Assembly (NCBI GenBank): GCA_964016885.1
Contig: OZ024740.1
Location: 42,036,001-42,100,000 of the forward strand
Length of the DNA stretch: 64,000 bases
Direction: 5' to 3'
Source of the DNA: Eledone cirrhosa
Taxonomy: Eukaryota
Shown: in pieces, positions 46,177-62,956 of the stretch
Layout: each line of letters starts with the position of its first letter
Position numbering within the stretch: position 1 is the first letter of the stretch
Notes under the pieces: generated by a model
Seen by the model: the letters and a program-made list of their open reading frames with translations, nothing else
The model's database searches: none
Told to the model about the DNA's origin: nothing
Position numbers and translations under genes: made by a program

Positions 46177-47829
46177 GTCGGCCTACGCCGATGACGTAAC
46201 AGTTATGGTGTCGACGGCCTCGGAAATCGGGGCGATCGGCACCTTACTGGAGGAGTACGAAAGGTTGACAGGGGCTAAGCTGAACCGGGACAAGTCGATC
46301 GGTCTGCAACTCGGCACGTGGAGGGGCAGATCGATGCCCTCCAATGGCGTCGTCGGGCGCTGGACGGAGGGCCCGGTGAAGTTGCTCGGTGTCTGGTTCG
46401 GACCAGACCTCCAGGTGGAGAAGAACTGGGGTGAGGTAACGAACAGGGTGTTTGCACTGACCCAGAAGTGGGCCGAGTGCAAACAGTCCCTGAAAGGTCG
46501 GGCGGAGGTGGCGAACACTTATATAGCGTCCGTCATCTACTACCGCCTGACGGTTGTGCCTTGCCCAAGGGAAACGCTCGCCAAAATGGAGCGCGCACTC
46601 TTCCAATTCCTTTGAAAGAAGCGGGCTCCTATGGTGAGGAGATCCATCTGCTGTCAACACCCTTCGAAAGGAGGGCTGGGGATGCCGTGGCTAATGATGC
46701 GTAAACACGCATTAAGGCTACGGCACCTCCAGGTATTCCTCACCGGTCAACCGGTGTGGGCCCCGTTTGTGAGGCGAGCCTTTCCCAGACTCGTCTCACT
46801 CACCGAGCTGCAATCCTGGGTCAAGCAAAGACCGAGAAAACTGGGCGCCTGGCACACCGAGTGTGCCCAGGCGCTCACGGCTCTCTGGCAGGCGGACCCG
46901 GCTGTCAGTGGAGAATCCACCTCGTCATTCTATAGAGGGCTGGTGGTTAGCAGGTGCGACGACGCCCTCGGAGAAGCCCTAGGCATGGAGGAAGACGAAC
47001 TGGCCAACCTGTTCGGTAGGACATTCAGCCCGGGATACATGGATAACTTCTAGAGGTCCCTGGCCTGGCAGTGCTACCGAGGGGCTCTGCCCGTTCGAGA
47101 AAGGCTCTACAGACACGGGCGCCCGGGTAGGGACCCCTCGAAATAAATCTGTCCCAGATGCGTGTGCGACGAGGAAACCGATGCACACGCATTGGTACAC
47201 TGCTCGGGCATTGCCGATCTGTGGGGCTATGTCGAACAACTGCTGTCAAGGGTGGGACCGATCCGGTTGACCACCGAGTCTATTGTAACGATCAAGCCGC
47301 CTCCCCTCTTCAAAAAAGAAGGAGAGGCGGTGTTTCTGTGCGTAATAGCCATGGCGAAAGAGGTTGTATGGTGGACGCGTCTGAAAGGACTGAGGTCAGA
47401 CACCTTTCTCTCTGGCCAACAACTGGTCTGTTTCTTCCGATATCATTTCGGAAGAAGGATCAGGATGGAGAGAGAGGCGCTGCACCCCAGCCGTTTCTAT
47501 GAAAGATGGGTGAAAGTGGCGAGAATCGCCCGTGTGAATGGGCCTTCACTCTACAACAGACTATAGGTGAGGAAGATGAAAGACCAAGGGAGCACCCCCT
47601 CTCTGCGCTCCTGAGGAGAAGTGTTGCACACTTTTTTTCGGGGGTGTGTGCGACCCCCAAGGCGCCTCCTCCCTATTGAGGAATTTGTTATAAAATTTAT
47701 TTTGTTACATTTTATTTTATTTTTATATATTGTTACTGCTTCCTCCTTATTGAGGACGCCTTGTTATGTAAACTCCCCCCATTGTACTTGTCCCACTTTT
47801 TGATGCCCTGGTGGCAAATAAAAAGAAAA
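46177..47829 (+). mobile_element. 5'-truncated Tx1 element of a diverged subfamily (copy 3)
   Basis: Starts at SAYADD directly after copy 2's (CTAT)n; many synonymous differences, different 3'UTR, ends aataaaaagaaaat(tatc)n. Confidence 0.9.
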
Positions 47830-47902
47830 TTATCTATCTATCTATCTATCTCTCTCTCACACACTACATACATACATAGACACACACATATATCTATATA
47901 AA

Positions 47903-47973
<71 letters not shown>

Positions 47974-48125
47974 GATATATCTCATATGATACAGCCAATT
48001 CTCCACGCAATACAATTAGTTAGCACCCCGAACGTTTAATTAGGAATATACCCAGTTATTTCCTAATGTTTGTTGAGTGAGTTGGGATTTGGCCGGAGTA
48101 TCGCTATTAGCTTTCTCCGTTTATG

Positions 48126-50385
<2,260 letters not shown>

Positions 50386-50389
<4 letters not shown>

Positions 50390-50940
50390 TGTTATACTTG
50401 GGGAGGGTCATATTGTTTGTAATAATATTACCAGAAATAATAACAGAACACACTCACTGTTTGGTTGGCTTTCGCTTCTGTATCTTTTATATCTCCACAG
50501 TTAATTAATTCGGTCCTCAATGTCTACCATTGACTGACCAACGGTCAAAAATACAGGGCAGTATTGGTAGAGGGCTGGACGCCATGCTTTCTAGGATAGT
50601 TACGTTCCTTTACGGTCTGAGTTCAAATCCCACCGAGGTTAACATTGCCGTTCATCCTTACGGGGTCGATAAAATAAAGTACCAGTAATGTACTGGTTAT
50701 TTGCTGGCCTTGTGCCAAAAAGTAGAAACAATTATATCTGTATTTTTGACCGTTGGTCAGTCAATGGTAAACATTGAGGACCGAATTAATTAACTGTGGA
50801 GATATGAAAGATACAGAAGCGAAAACCAACCAAACAGTGAGTGTGTTGTGTTATTATTTATGGCCATATTATTACAACAATATGACCCTCCCCAAGTACA
50901 ACAATACTTGTTTCGACACACGATTTCATCTCAAAAACCT
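50386..50940. mobile_element. Inverted pLTR mini-element (20488 family) with a SINE at the symmetry centre
   Basis: 50386-50556 is the reverse complement of ~50738-50907; the right arm extends to the family terminus. Confidence 0.82.
50557..50733 (+). mobile_element. tRNA-derived SINE, slightly 5'-truncated
   Basis: 11936 family; B-box gttcaaatcc. Confidence 0.85.
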
Positions 50941-51029
50941 TATATATATATATATACATACATATAGGAAAAGAGTCAGAACCCCAAACGGCTGACCTCC
51001 GGCCGTATATATATACCGACATATTCACA

Positions 51030-53549
<2,520 letters not shown>

Positions 53550-53814
53550 CAAGAGTGAACAACTACATAGCAACAATATGCATGGCAGAAGAGAGATAAA
53601 TAAAAACCTACCTCAACTTCAGTAGACTTTCAAGTTACACAAGTAAAAGCAAATCCAGTTTGCGTCTATTGAGAAACGAAAGTTTTGCTTGCTTGGAACT
53701 TCTGTTGTCGTCTGCTAACGCACAAAATATCCATAGCAGTGGTTGTAGCAGCAGAAGCTACGGCAGCAGTAGCAACACTATCACTAGTAGTAATGGTAGT
53801 GTTATAGTAATCGC

Positions 53815-53892
<78 letters not shown>

Positions 53893-53893
53893 T

Positions 53894-53937
<44 letters not shown>

Positions 53938-53950
53938 GGTAGTAGTAGTT
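53815..53950. repeat. (AGT)n joined to inverted (ACT)n
   Basis: Direct reading. Confidence 0.9.
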
Positions 53951-54095
53951 AATAGTTGTAAATTTACACAATACGAATATGATTGTGTGTGTATATATAT
54001 ATATATATACACACACACAATCATATTCGTATTGTGTAAATTTATATATAAATGTGTGGTAAAGGGTGCCTATGAACGTGTGCGCTAATGTATGC

Positions 54096-54140
<45 letters not shown>

Positions 54141-54675
54141 GGTGTGTGTGTGTGTGTATAAAAAGAATTAGTTTTTGCGAATTTCTTTCTTTAAAACTCC
54201 CCTTGTTTTCCTGGGACAAAAGCATCAAGAACACATATACTGAGTTATTTAATCAAGGTCTCCATTTTTGCAGAGACAGTAGTTAAATTGCTGTGAACAT
54301 ATTTTGTGCAGTTAGCATAAAAAAGTTTGTTTTTGTTGAATTATTTTGTATTTTCTAAAACACAAAAGAACAAAATAAAAATTTCTTTAAATAATAGTTG
54401 ATATTTACTTTTTTGTTTTGTTTATTGTCTCGTTTCTTTACGGTTCGTACACAAACGCTAACTTGTTCGTTATCTTAATGAAATTAAATTCTTGTCTTGT
54501 CTTTCATACCGAAGTAGCCCGCCACTAGATTATGGTCTTACAAGTCATTGAGAATTCTTAGTTACTCTGGTTGATATTGTAGTTTCTGACAAATCTTCAT
54601 CTACTCAGAGACTTATGGAATTCATTTAAACAAATTCTAGCCGTATCCATTCAGTGTCCAAAATTAATTATTATT

Positions 54676-54845
54676 GTTAAGAGCGTCGGACGCCATGCTT
54701 TGCAGCATAGACTTACGACCCTTTACATTCTGAGTTCAAATCACGCCGAGTTTCACTTTGCCTTTCATCCTTACTGGGTCGATAAAATAAAGTAGCAGTA
54801 ATGCACTGGGGTATTGCTGGCCTTGTGCCAAAAGTAGAAACAATT
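54676..54845 (+). mobile_element. tRNA-derived SINE, 5'-truncated
   Basis: 11936 family. Confidence 0.82.
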
Positions 54846-55222
54846 ATTATTATTATTTTATTTTATTTTCAAATCAGTGGAGTGTATTACCTAACGTTTC
54901 CCTCATTGTTTTTTACTGAAAGTGTGCCGTAATGTCAGCTCCAGATGGCAACAGACCGAACGGTGAGGGAGTCGGCTGTTATTTCGTGTTTGTTGTTTGT
55001 GGTTCTTAACAAACAAAAACGAAACATTTTCTATAACATTTCATCTCAAGATTTCTGGCATTTGTTTTATACATAGTGAAGACATGAAGGTAAGGGAGGG
55101 GTGTAAACAAAAACAATATGTATGATGGGAGAGGAAGGAGAGTGAGAGGGGGAGAGATGAGGGACAGAGGGAAGAAAGAGGAAGAGAGGAAGGGTGGCAA
55201 TAAGAGAGATAGATAGAGGTAG

Positions 55223-55286
<64 letters not shown>

Positions 55287-55288
<2 letters not shown>

Positions 55289-55367
55289 CAAAGGAATTGT
55301 GGTAAGGAGCGTCCAGAAATAGCCGTCGAAACGGCTTGAGCTCTGCCGTCGGGGTCATACTTTTTCC

Positions 55368-55368
<1 letters not shown>
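55287..55368. mobile_element. ~80 bp inverted pLTR micro-insertion (63051 family)
   Basis: aacaaaggaattgtggtaagga (inverted terminus) joined to tagccgtcGAAAcggcttgagctctgccGTCggggt; (TA)n on both sides. Confidence 0.72.
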
Positions 55369-55400
<32 letters not shown>

Positions 55401-55531
55401 CGAGAGAGAGAGTACCAGTGATTAAAAGAGTTTATAAAAATCTGAAAACAGGAAACCAGCGAGAAGGGTCAGCTCTGAGTACATGTATTAATTCAACATG
55501 TATTAAGGTTTCACGTTTGCAGAGCTGAACC

Positions 55532-55563
<32 letters not shown>

Positions 55564-55592
55564 ATAAATATATATATATATATATGTATATA

Positions 55593-55764
<172 letters not shown>

Positions 55765-56029
55765 GTGTATATGTTTGGGGGAAGCGATTAAAGTAAAAAC
55801 ACAGAGAAATATAAGGGGATAAAAATAAAAGCAATGAGGAGGAAATGAATGAAGAAGTCGAGAAAAGATGAAGAAGAAGAAAAATAAAAGGTGTTTTCTT
55901 TTTTGGGGGAATGAGGGTGGTGGTGGATATTAGCGAGATGATGTTCCTGGGAGGTTTTACGAAAAACCTAGATAGAATCGAACCAAGGCCGTGCCGGTTA
56001 GTATTTAAGCTGCTGTATTAATACTTAGG

Positions 56030-56515
56030 TGGTTGTTGGTGTTTAACTAAGTCAATCCTGATCAAGTAGGGTTTAAGATCAAATATGTTCTAGCCATAAC
56101 ATCTACGACTTCTAGTATCTTAAGGACTACACTATCAAATGTACACTTCCTTCTTTCCCTTTAGTAAGACTTTAGCGAAGGAATTGCGGAAAGGAGGGGG
56201 ATTTAGCTGCTATTTCTAGCAAAAAAAACTGACTGCGCAGGGAACCTCGTCCTTGGCTTTGTTGTCGTTTAGGCTCTCTCATTGTTGTTGTTATTGTTCT
56301 GCCGGACGCCAGCTTTGATCACGTAGACCCATGATAAAATATGTGTGCCATCCCGTCTGGTCATTTATTTAGTTTTGGGACATTTATTTAGTATTCTCTA
56401 AGAATACATTATCTAACCTGTCCTTCCTTACTAAATTTTCTTTTTTAGGCCGTAGGCTAAGGAGAAAGACTTGGCTGTTATTTCTAGCAAGTTGAGAGAC
56501 CATGTAGAAGCTGAC
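56030..56515 (-). mobile_element. Two tandem diverged copies of a SINE/LINE-tail repeat
   Basis: gttgtt...gatttagctgctatttctagca motif twice; opposite-strand relative at 58538. Confidence 0.5.
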
Positions 56516-57097
56516 TGAGGATTAAACAAGCCAGCTCAGTGGTTTCTAAGTGCTGTGTCTTAGCTGACGACTCTGTGTACAACTAAGACAGTGTGTTAAC
56601 TGATTGTTGTTTTTATCGTAGGTTTCTTTCACATAATTATACAAGGGCGGTGCCCCAGCATGGCCTCAGCCGGATGGCTGGAACAGGTAGAAGAGTTAAA
56701 GAGTATAATCCCCTTCTACTGCTGTTGTAGAGTTTCGTCCTTTTCTTTTGGGCTGGGACATCACTTTCCCTATCTCTTCCTACCTTTTTTTCAACACACA
56801 CTCCTCTTTATTCCTTTCTTTCGCTCTCTCATTTCTTCTTCTCTCCACTTCTACTATCTACCTCCCTCAATTTTTCTCTCTTCTCTCTCCTCTACTCTCT
56901 CTTACACCCTCTCTCAGGGCTAATTTCTGTCTTATATGGAACTATCTGCCCCCCCCCCCCTCACTGTACATGTTTAGCCCCCCCCCCCACTCTCAACATC
57001 TCTTGGTCTATTATTCTCTTTTCTCTAACAGTCCTCCACTCACGCTCTCTCTGTCCTTACCATCATTCCAGCTCTCCTTTCATTGATCCTACATTTC

Positions 57098-58045
57098 AGA
57101 GACACACACACACACGCACGAACAAACACATACACACACATGCACAAACACACAAACAAACACACACACACACACACACACAAACAAACACATACACACA
57201 CACACACGCACAAACAAACACATACACACACAAACAAACACATACACAGACACACACGCACAAACAAACACATACACACACACACACAAACAAACACATA
57301 CACACATACGTACAAACAAACACATACACACACACGCACAAACAAACACACACACACAAACAAACAAACACATACACACACCACAAACAAACACATACAC
57401 ACATGCACAAACACACACACACACAAACAAATACATACACACACATGCCCAAACAAACACATACGCACACATGCACAAACAAACACATACGCACACACTT
57501 GCATAAACAAATATATACATACACACGCACAAACGAACACGTACACACACACACAAACACATACACACACACACGCACAAACAAACACATACACACACAT
57601 GCACAAACAAACACATACACATGCACAAACAAACACATACACATACATGGACAAACACATACACACACATGCACAAACAAACATACACACAAACACACAC
57701 ACACTAACAAACACATACACACACACACTCACAAATAAACACATACACACACACGCACAAACAAACACATACGCAGACACTCACAAATATAGGGACACAC
57801 ACTCACGTACATATATACACACACTCACAAACGAACACATACACACGTACGCACACACTCACAAATATAGGGGCACACACTCACGTACATATACACACAC
57901 TCACAAACAAACAAATACACACACATGCACAAACAAACATATACACACACACGCACAAACAAACACATACGCACACACTCACAAATGTAGGGACACACAC
58001 TCACGTACATATACACACGCCAATTCACAAACGCGCAGGTACACA
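57098..58045. repeat. CA-rich degenerate minisatellite (gcacaaacaaacacatacacac)
   Basis: Direct reading. Confidence 0.9.
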
Positions 58046-58054
58046 TTGGCACAA

Positions 58055-58248
58055 GGGGGGTGGATTGGCAGTATAGGTAGGTAGAGGGTCGGACGCCATG
58101 ATTTGTTGCATAGAGTTACGGCCCTTGCCATTCTGAGTTCAAATCCCGCCGAAGTTAACTTTGCCTTCCATCCTTACGGGGTCTATAAAATGAAGTACCA
58201 GTAATGTACTGGCTAATTGCTGGCCTTATGCCAAAAGTAAAAACAATT
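58055..58248 (+). mobile_element. tRNA-derived SINE (full length)
   Basis: 11936 family; A and B boxes present. Confidence 0.85.
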
Positions 58249-58629
58249 ATTTTTGTCACTAACAAAGCATTTTTCACTATTCTTTGAAAACCTTTTTTTC
58301 CTCCTTTTCCCATCTCCATCCTCTTCCCCTCCCATCTCTTCCTCCCTTCCTTTCTCTTCATCTCTTCTTCCACTTCTCCCTCTTTTGCCTTTTTCTCTCC
58401 ACCCTCTTCTTCTCTCCTCCATCTCTTAATACCCCCCTCTGATGATGATGACTTTCACCACCAGCAGGATCACCACCACCATCATCACCCTCCCCCCCTC
58501 TCTTCATTTACTTCCACCTTACCATCATCAACACCATCGACTTGTTACAAATAGCAACCAAATCTCCCTCCAGCCACTTCTTACCGGAAAATAGTATGTC
58601 TAGACGTAGGTAGGAAGAGATGGGCATGG

Positions 58630-59115
58630 CTAGAATGTCTTTGGTCTTGGCTCAACACTGGATTGTATTTGGTCTTGGCTCAACACTGGATTGTCTTTTA
58701 TCGTGGCTCATCAATAGATTGTCTTTGATCGTGGCTCATCAATGGATTGTCTTTGATCGTGGTTCATCAATGGATTGTCTTTGATCGTGGCTCATCAATG
58801 GATTGTCTTTGATCGTGGCTCAACACTGGGTTGTCTTTGATCATGGCTCACCACTGGATTGTCTTTGATCGTGGCTCATCACTGGATTGTGTTTGATCTT
58901 GGCTCATAACTGGATTGTCTTTGATCGTGGTTCATCACTGGGTTGTTTTTGATCGTAGCTCAACACTGGAATGTCTTTGAATAGGGTTCAACACTGGGTT
59001 GTCTTTGGTCTTGGCTCATCACTGGATTGTCTTTGATCGTGGCTCAACACTGGAATGTCTTTGACCGGGGTTCAACACAGGAATTTCTTTCATTTTAGAT
59101 CAACACTGGAATATG
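58630..59115. repeat. 28 bp minisatellite, ~17 copies
   Basis: Unit ggattgtctttgatcgtggctcatcact. Confidence 0.9.
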
Positions 59116-59552
59116 TTTTGGAAGTGGCAGAACACCTTCAACAACAATAAACTACCAGACCAACTAATTAACCAATCAGCATCAATCAGTACTAACATCC
59201 ATATCGCAACTAACATCAACAGCAGTTATTAAATCTTCACCATCATTTAACTCTTTTCATTATAGGTCCGGATCAACCAGTGCTGATAAACCATCACCAC
59301 CACCACCACATCCACCACCACCACCACCGCCGCCGCTGCTATCACCACAATTACAACGACGTGTCGTATACCCAGATGAAGTAATTACTATGATTATTTA
59401 AATAATTTGAGATTATCCCTGCAATTTAACCTGTTGACTGCCGCGTATATTTTACACAGCTACAATTGCTCTGCCCCCCCCCCCCCCAGTAAAATGAATA
59501 TTTTTGATTGACAAATATCACTTCAATAAACTACAATAGTAACGCCATATAG

Positions 59553-59695
59553 CTTTGAAGCTATGAACTGTTGGAAACGAGTTCATAACTTTGAAGTTAT
59601 GAAGTGTTGGAAACGAGTTCATAACTTTGAAGTTATGAAGTGTTGGAAACGAGTTCATAACTTTGAAGTTATGAAATGTTTGAAAGGAGTTCAAA
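59553..59695. repeat. 36 bp tandem repeat (~4 copies) with internal hairpin
   Basis: tgttggaaacgagTTCATAACTTtgAAGTTATGAAg. Confidence 0.9.
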
Positions 59696-62624
59696 CATGT
59701 TTGGATGAGTTATCTCGTCCGTGGCACTTGAATACATGCATGTTAGGACGAGCTAGCTCGTCTACAGCACTGAAGAGGTTAAAGACAAGCCTCCCTTTAG
59801 GAGTGTTCAAATCTAGAAACAGCAAGTAATAGAGGCAGTTCATATAATATCAGTTGATCCATTATTTTTTGAAAAAAATGAGAACATAGAGTAAACGAGG
59901 TCATTGTGGTAATAACATCAGTTGATTGAAAACTCTCCACTGAGTTTATCAATTTATTGTTGAACTTATGTATGGAATAATGAAAGTATTTAAAGAAGGG
60001 ATAAAAATAATAAACAGAAAGAGAGAAAATGAAAGGAAAAAAGGAGTGGAAGAAAATAATGTAAATACCCCCCCCCCCCTCCTTCAAAAGAGGTGAGGGA
60101 GGTGGTAAAATCTACACCCCTGTTGACGTGGTATATCTAAGGTGCGCCCCGAGGATAAGATGGCGAAAGCATTATCGTGGACAACATCCAGCGATACTCA
60201 CTGTATCAGTCATTCCACCTAGGAGCCCCCTGCCTCAGACAGATGCACTCCTCTCGCTTTTGTAGAGTAAAATTGCATTCTGGGGACCAAGGATACCGGA
60301 TGCGCCGACGTTTACCGGTACAAAGAGGAAGCGGTCGATCAAGTTCCGGCATTTGCATATTTTCCTCACCTTTCTTCTTATGGGCGGCGGTGTTTTGCTT
60401 TGAGATCAAAACGACAAGGTTGGAACCAGAGAATGCCCCGCAGTATTTGGTGTTACAGATTAGTGATATATTCAATGTAACGGGAAGACGGTTATCACGT
60501 CGGGGCGCTTGCCGTCACCACAGTGAAGTCTAGCAAGATCTAGTTGTAATGGGAAACCGGTCATGGGAGCTCTCTTCTCATGACATCATAGAAGGCGTAA
60601 TTCAGAGGGAACTGATTAAGACTAATGTATATACATACATATATTGATGGCTGCAAACTCTGCTAAGAGAATTGCAATCGCTTGTCAGATTACAGAAAAT
60701 AGTGCACTTTTAAGCTACGTCCAGCCACACGAACCTGTAACATAACATGAACAAGCAATGCCTGTGCTTTGAAGGTTTTTTAAGTGGGCAAAGGCCTTGC
60801 ACTCGACCAATCCCACTCTTTGAGCATCGAAAACACTATCCGAAAAGGAGAACTAGTCAACATCATCGGATGCTCCCGAAGCCGCAGGTTTTTTTTTTCA
60901 GAAAGGTGTTGTGACAACTGGGGTCTTTCACTCCCAGGTGAAAAAAAAAGAAGTACTATTTGGATGGCCGTTGACTCTGCTGAGTTCCTCCGCCCTTTGC
61001 CGGGTCTTGTATTTCATCCGACAGGGTGTCCAAACATCACCCTCCTCACCAAGCAAGTTTGGTAGGGTTGCCGGTTTAGTTTCCGACGACCCAACCATGA
61101 GACAGGTTGTACTGGGTTACATGTTAGCAGTAGCACTCGAGAGCAACCTGACATGCATACATACACACATACATATATATATACATACATCAGCTTAAAC
61201 ACTCCCACGGTGTATTTTTCCTTCATCCAATGCTGACATATTTTGCATTGATTTCAACGTAAATTCCAGATTTTTTCTATATATTTTGTATATATAAAAT
61301 CAAGTCTGTTACAAGTGAATATGCATCGTTGAAGATCGAAACATGTCCGTTGTTTTAACCAGTTGGCTATAGATCCGTTTTTACTGTATTGTCTACAGAT
61401 TCCTCTCAAAATTTAGATCAGCTGACCTTGCTGGATATTTTAAGATTTACACACCCACGAAAGGAATTTTTGCCATTAAATCACGGGGATAATCACTTCT
61501 GGCTGAATGTTTTCAATAACTATATTTAGTATGTAAATCTCCACCGTCTATATACACACACACATGCATGCATATATATATATATATATATATTGGAAAA
61601 TGTGTGTAATCCTTGGTACAGTTAGGTATATTAAGACAGGGGGGAAGAAAAAAATGGCTTCACTTGTGCTTTCAACAAATTTATTTTCTTCACAAAATCC
61701 AAAAAGAATTTTTTTCCGGATTAGAAAAAATTTGTTTTTCTTAAAAATTTTCTTTTTTATTTTTTTTAATAAAATAAGTTGTTGGTTGTTGGTTAGGTCT
61801 TAGGAGTTCTTGGTTAACGTAGGAGGTATTGTTTCGTTTTTAGAAAGACCTTTCACGCCGAGGTGCGCTTGTCAAACTGATGTGTATGTGGTGTGTTGTG
61901 TTGTTCTATATATAGGGATTTAACATGTCTGTGGTGTGGTGGGTTTTTTTTTTCCTCTCCCTTTAATAAGTGTAGGGGTGTAGGTGTGTTGAAAAAATGT
62001 TAATAGCAGTAATGAGTTGAGACAAGGGAAAATTTATAATCTTCCCTTTCTTCAAGATATGGTCGGATAACGAACATTTCCGCAGATATAAAGAAGAATT
62101 CTTCATTGAAAAATTTAAACCACTACTGAACACGAAAAAATGAATTAACACTCGGAGGTAAAATTCCATTTCACTAACCCCCCCTCTTCTTATGTGTACA
62201 CATGAATATCTGAGTGAACGGTGAGACACACACATATATGTGTGTAGGTATGTATGGATGTATGTACGTGTGGGTATATATGTATGTGAGTGTGTGTATG
62301 TGTGTATATATATGTATGGATGTGTGTATGTTTGTATGTGTGTGTGTATATATATATATATATATGTGTGTATGTGTGTATATATATGTATATGTATATG
62401 TATGTATATGTATATTTGTATATATATATATATGGATATATATATATGTTTATATGTGTGTGTATGTTTATGTATGTATCTATATATGTGTGTGTGTGTA
62501 TGTATGTGCATATATGTATATATGTGTGTACATATATGTATATTTCTGTATGTGTATATGTATGTATGTATGTAGATGTATATATATATATGTATATATA
62601 TATATATGTGTCTTTATGTTTTTG

Positions 62625-62687
<63 letters not shown>

Positions 62688-62823
62688 ATGTATGTGTATG
62701 TATGTATATATATATATATATGTATATATGTGTATATATATATATATGTATGTATATGTATGTGTATATATGTATGTGTGTATGTATGTGTTTGTATGTG
62801 TATGTGTATGTGTATGTATATAG

Positions 62824-62893
<70 letters not shown>

Positions 62894-62956
62894 ATATATG
62901 TGTATATGTGTGTATGTGTCTGTATGTGTTTATGTGTGTGTATATATATATATATA

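Noticed and set aside
34639-47660. Antisense and alternate-frame ORFs over the Tx1 copies
   Set aside because: Shadows of ORF1/ORF2 with no independent motifs
53618-53720. Possible minus-strand exon (ttag acceptor, gag|gtaggt donor)
   Set aside because: Stops in all three frames and no recognisable product; cannot be supported without RNA data
58630-59695. CRISPR-like 28 bp and 36 bp repeats
   Set aside because: Units are contiguous with no unique spacers, no cas genes, eukaryotic context
60120-61150. GC-richer stretch with short ORFs, possibly a LINE 5'UTR
   Set aside because: No recognisable protein motif and no second copy in the window; left unclassified
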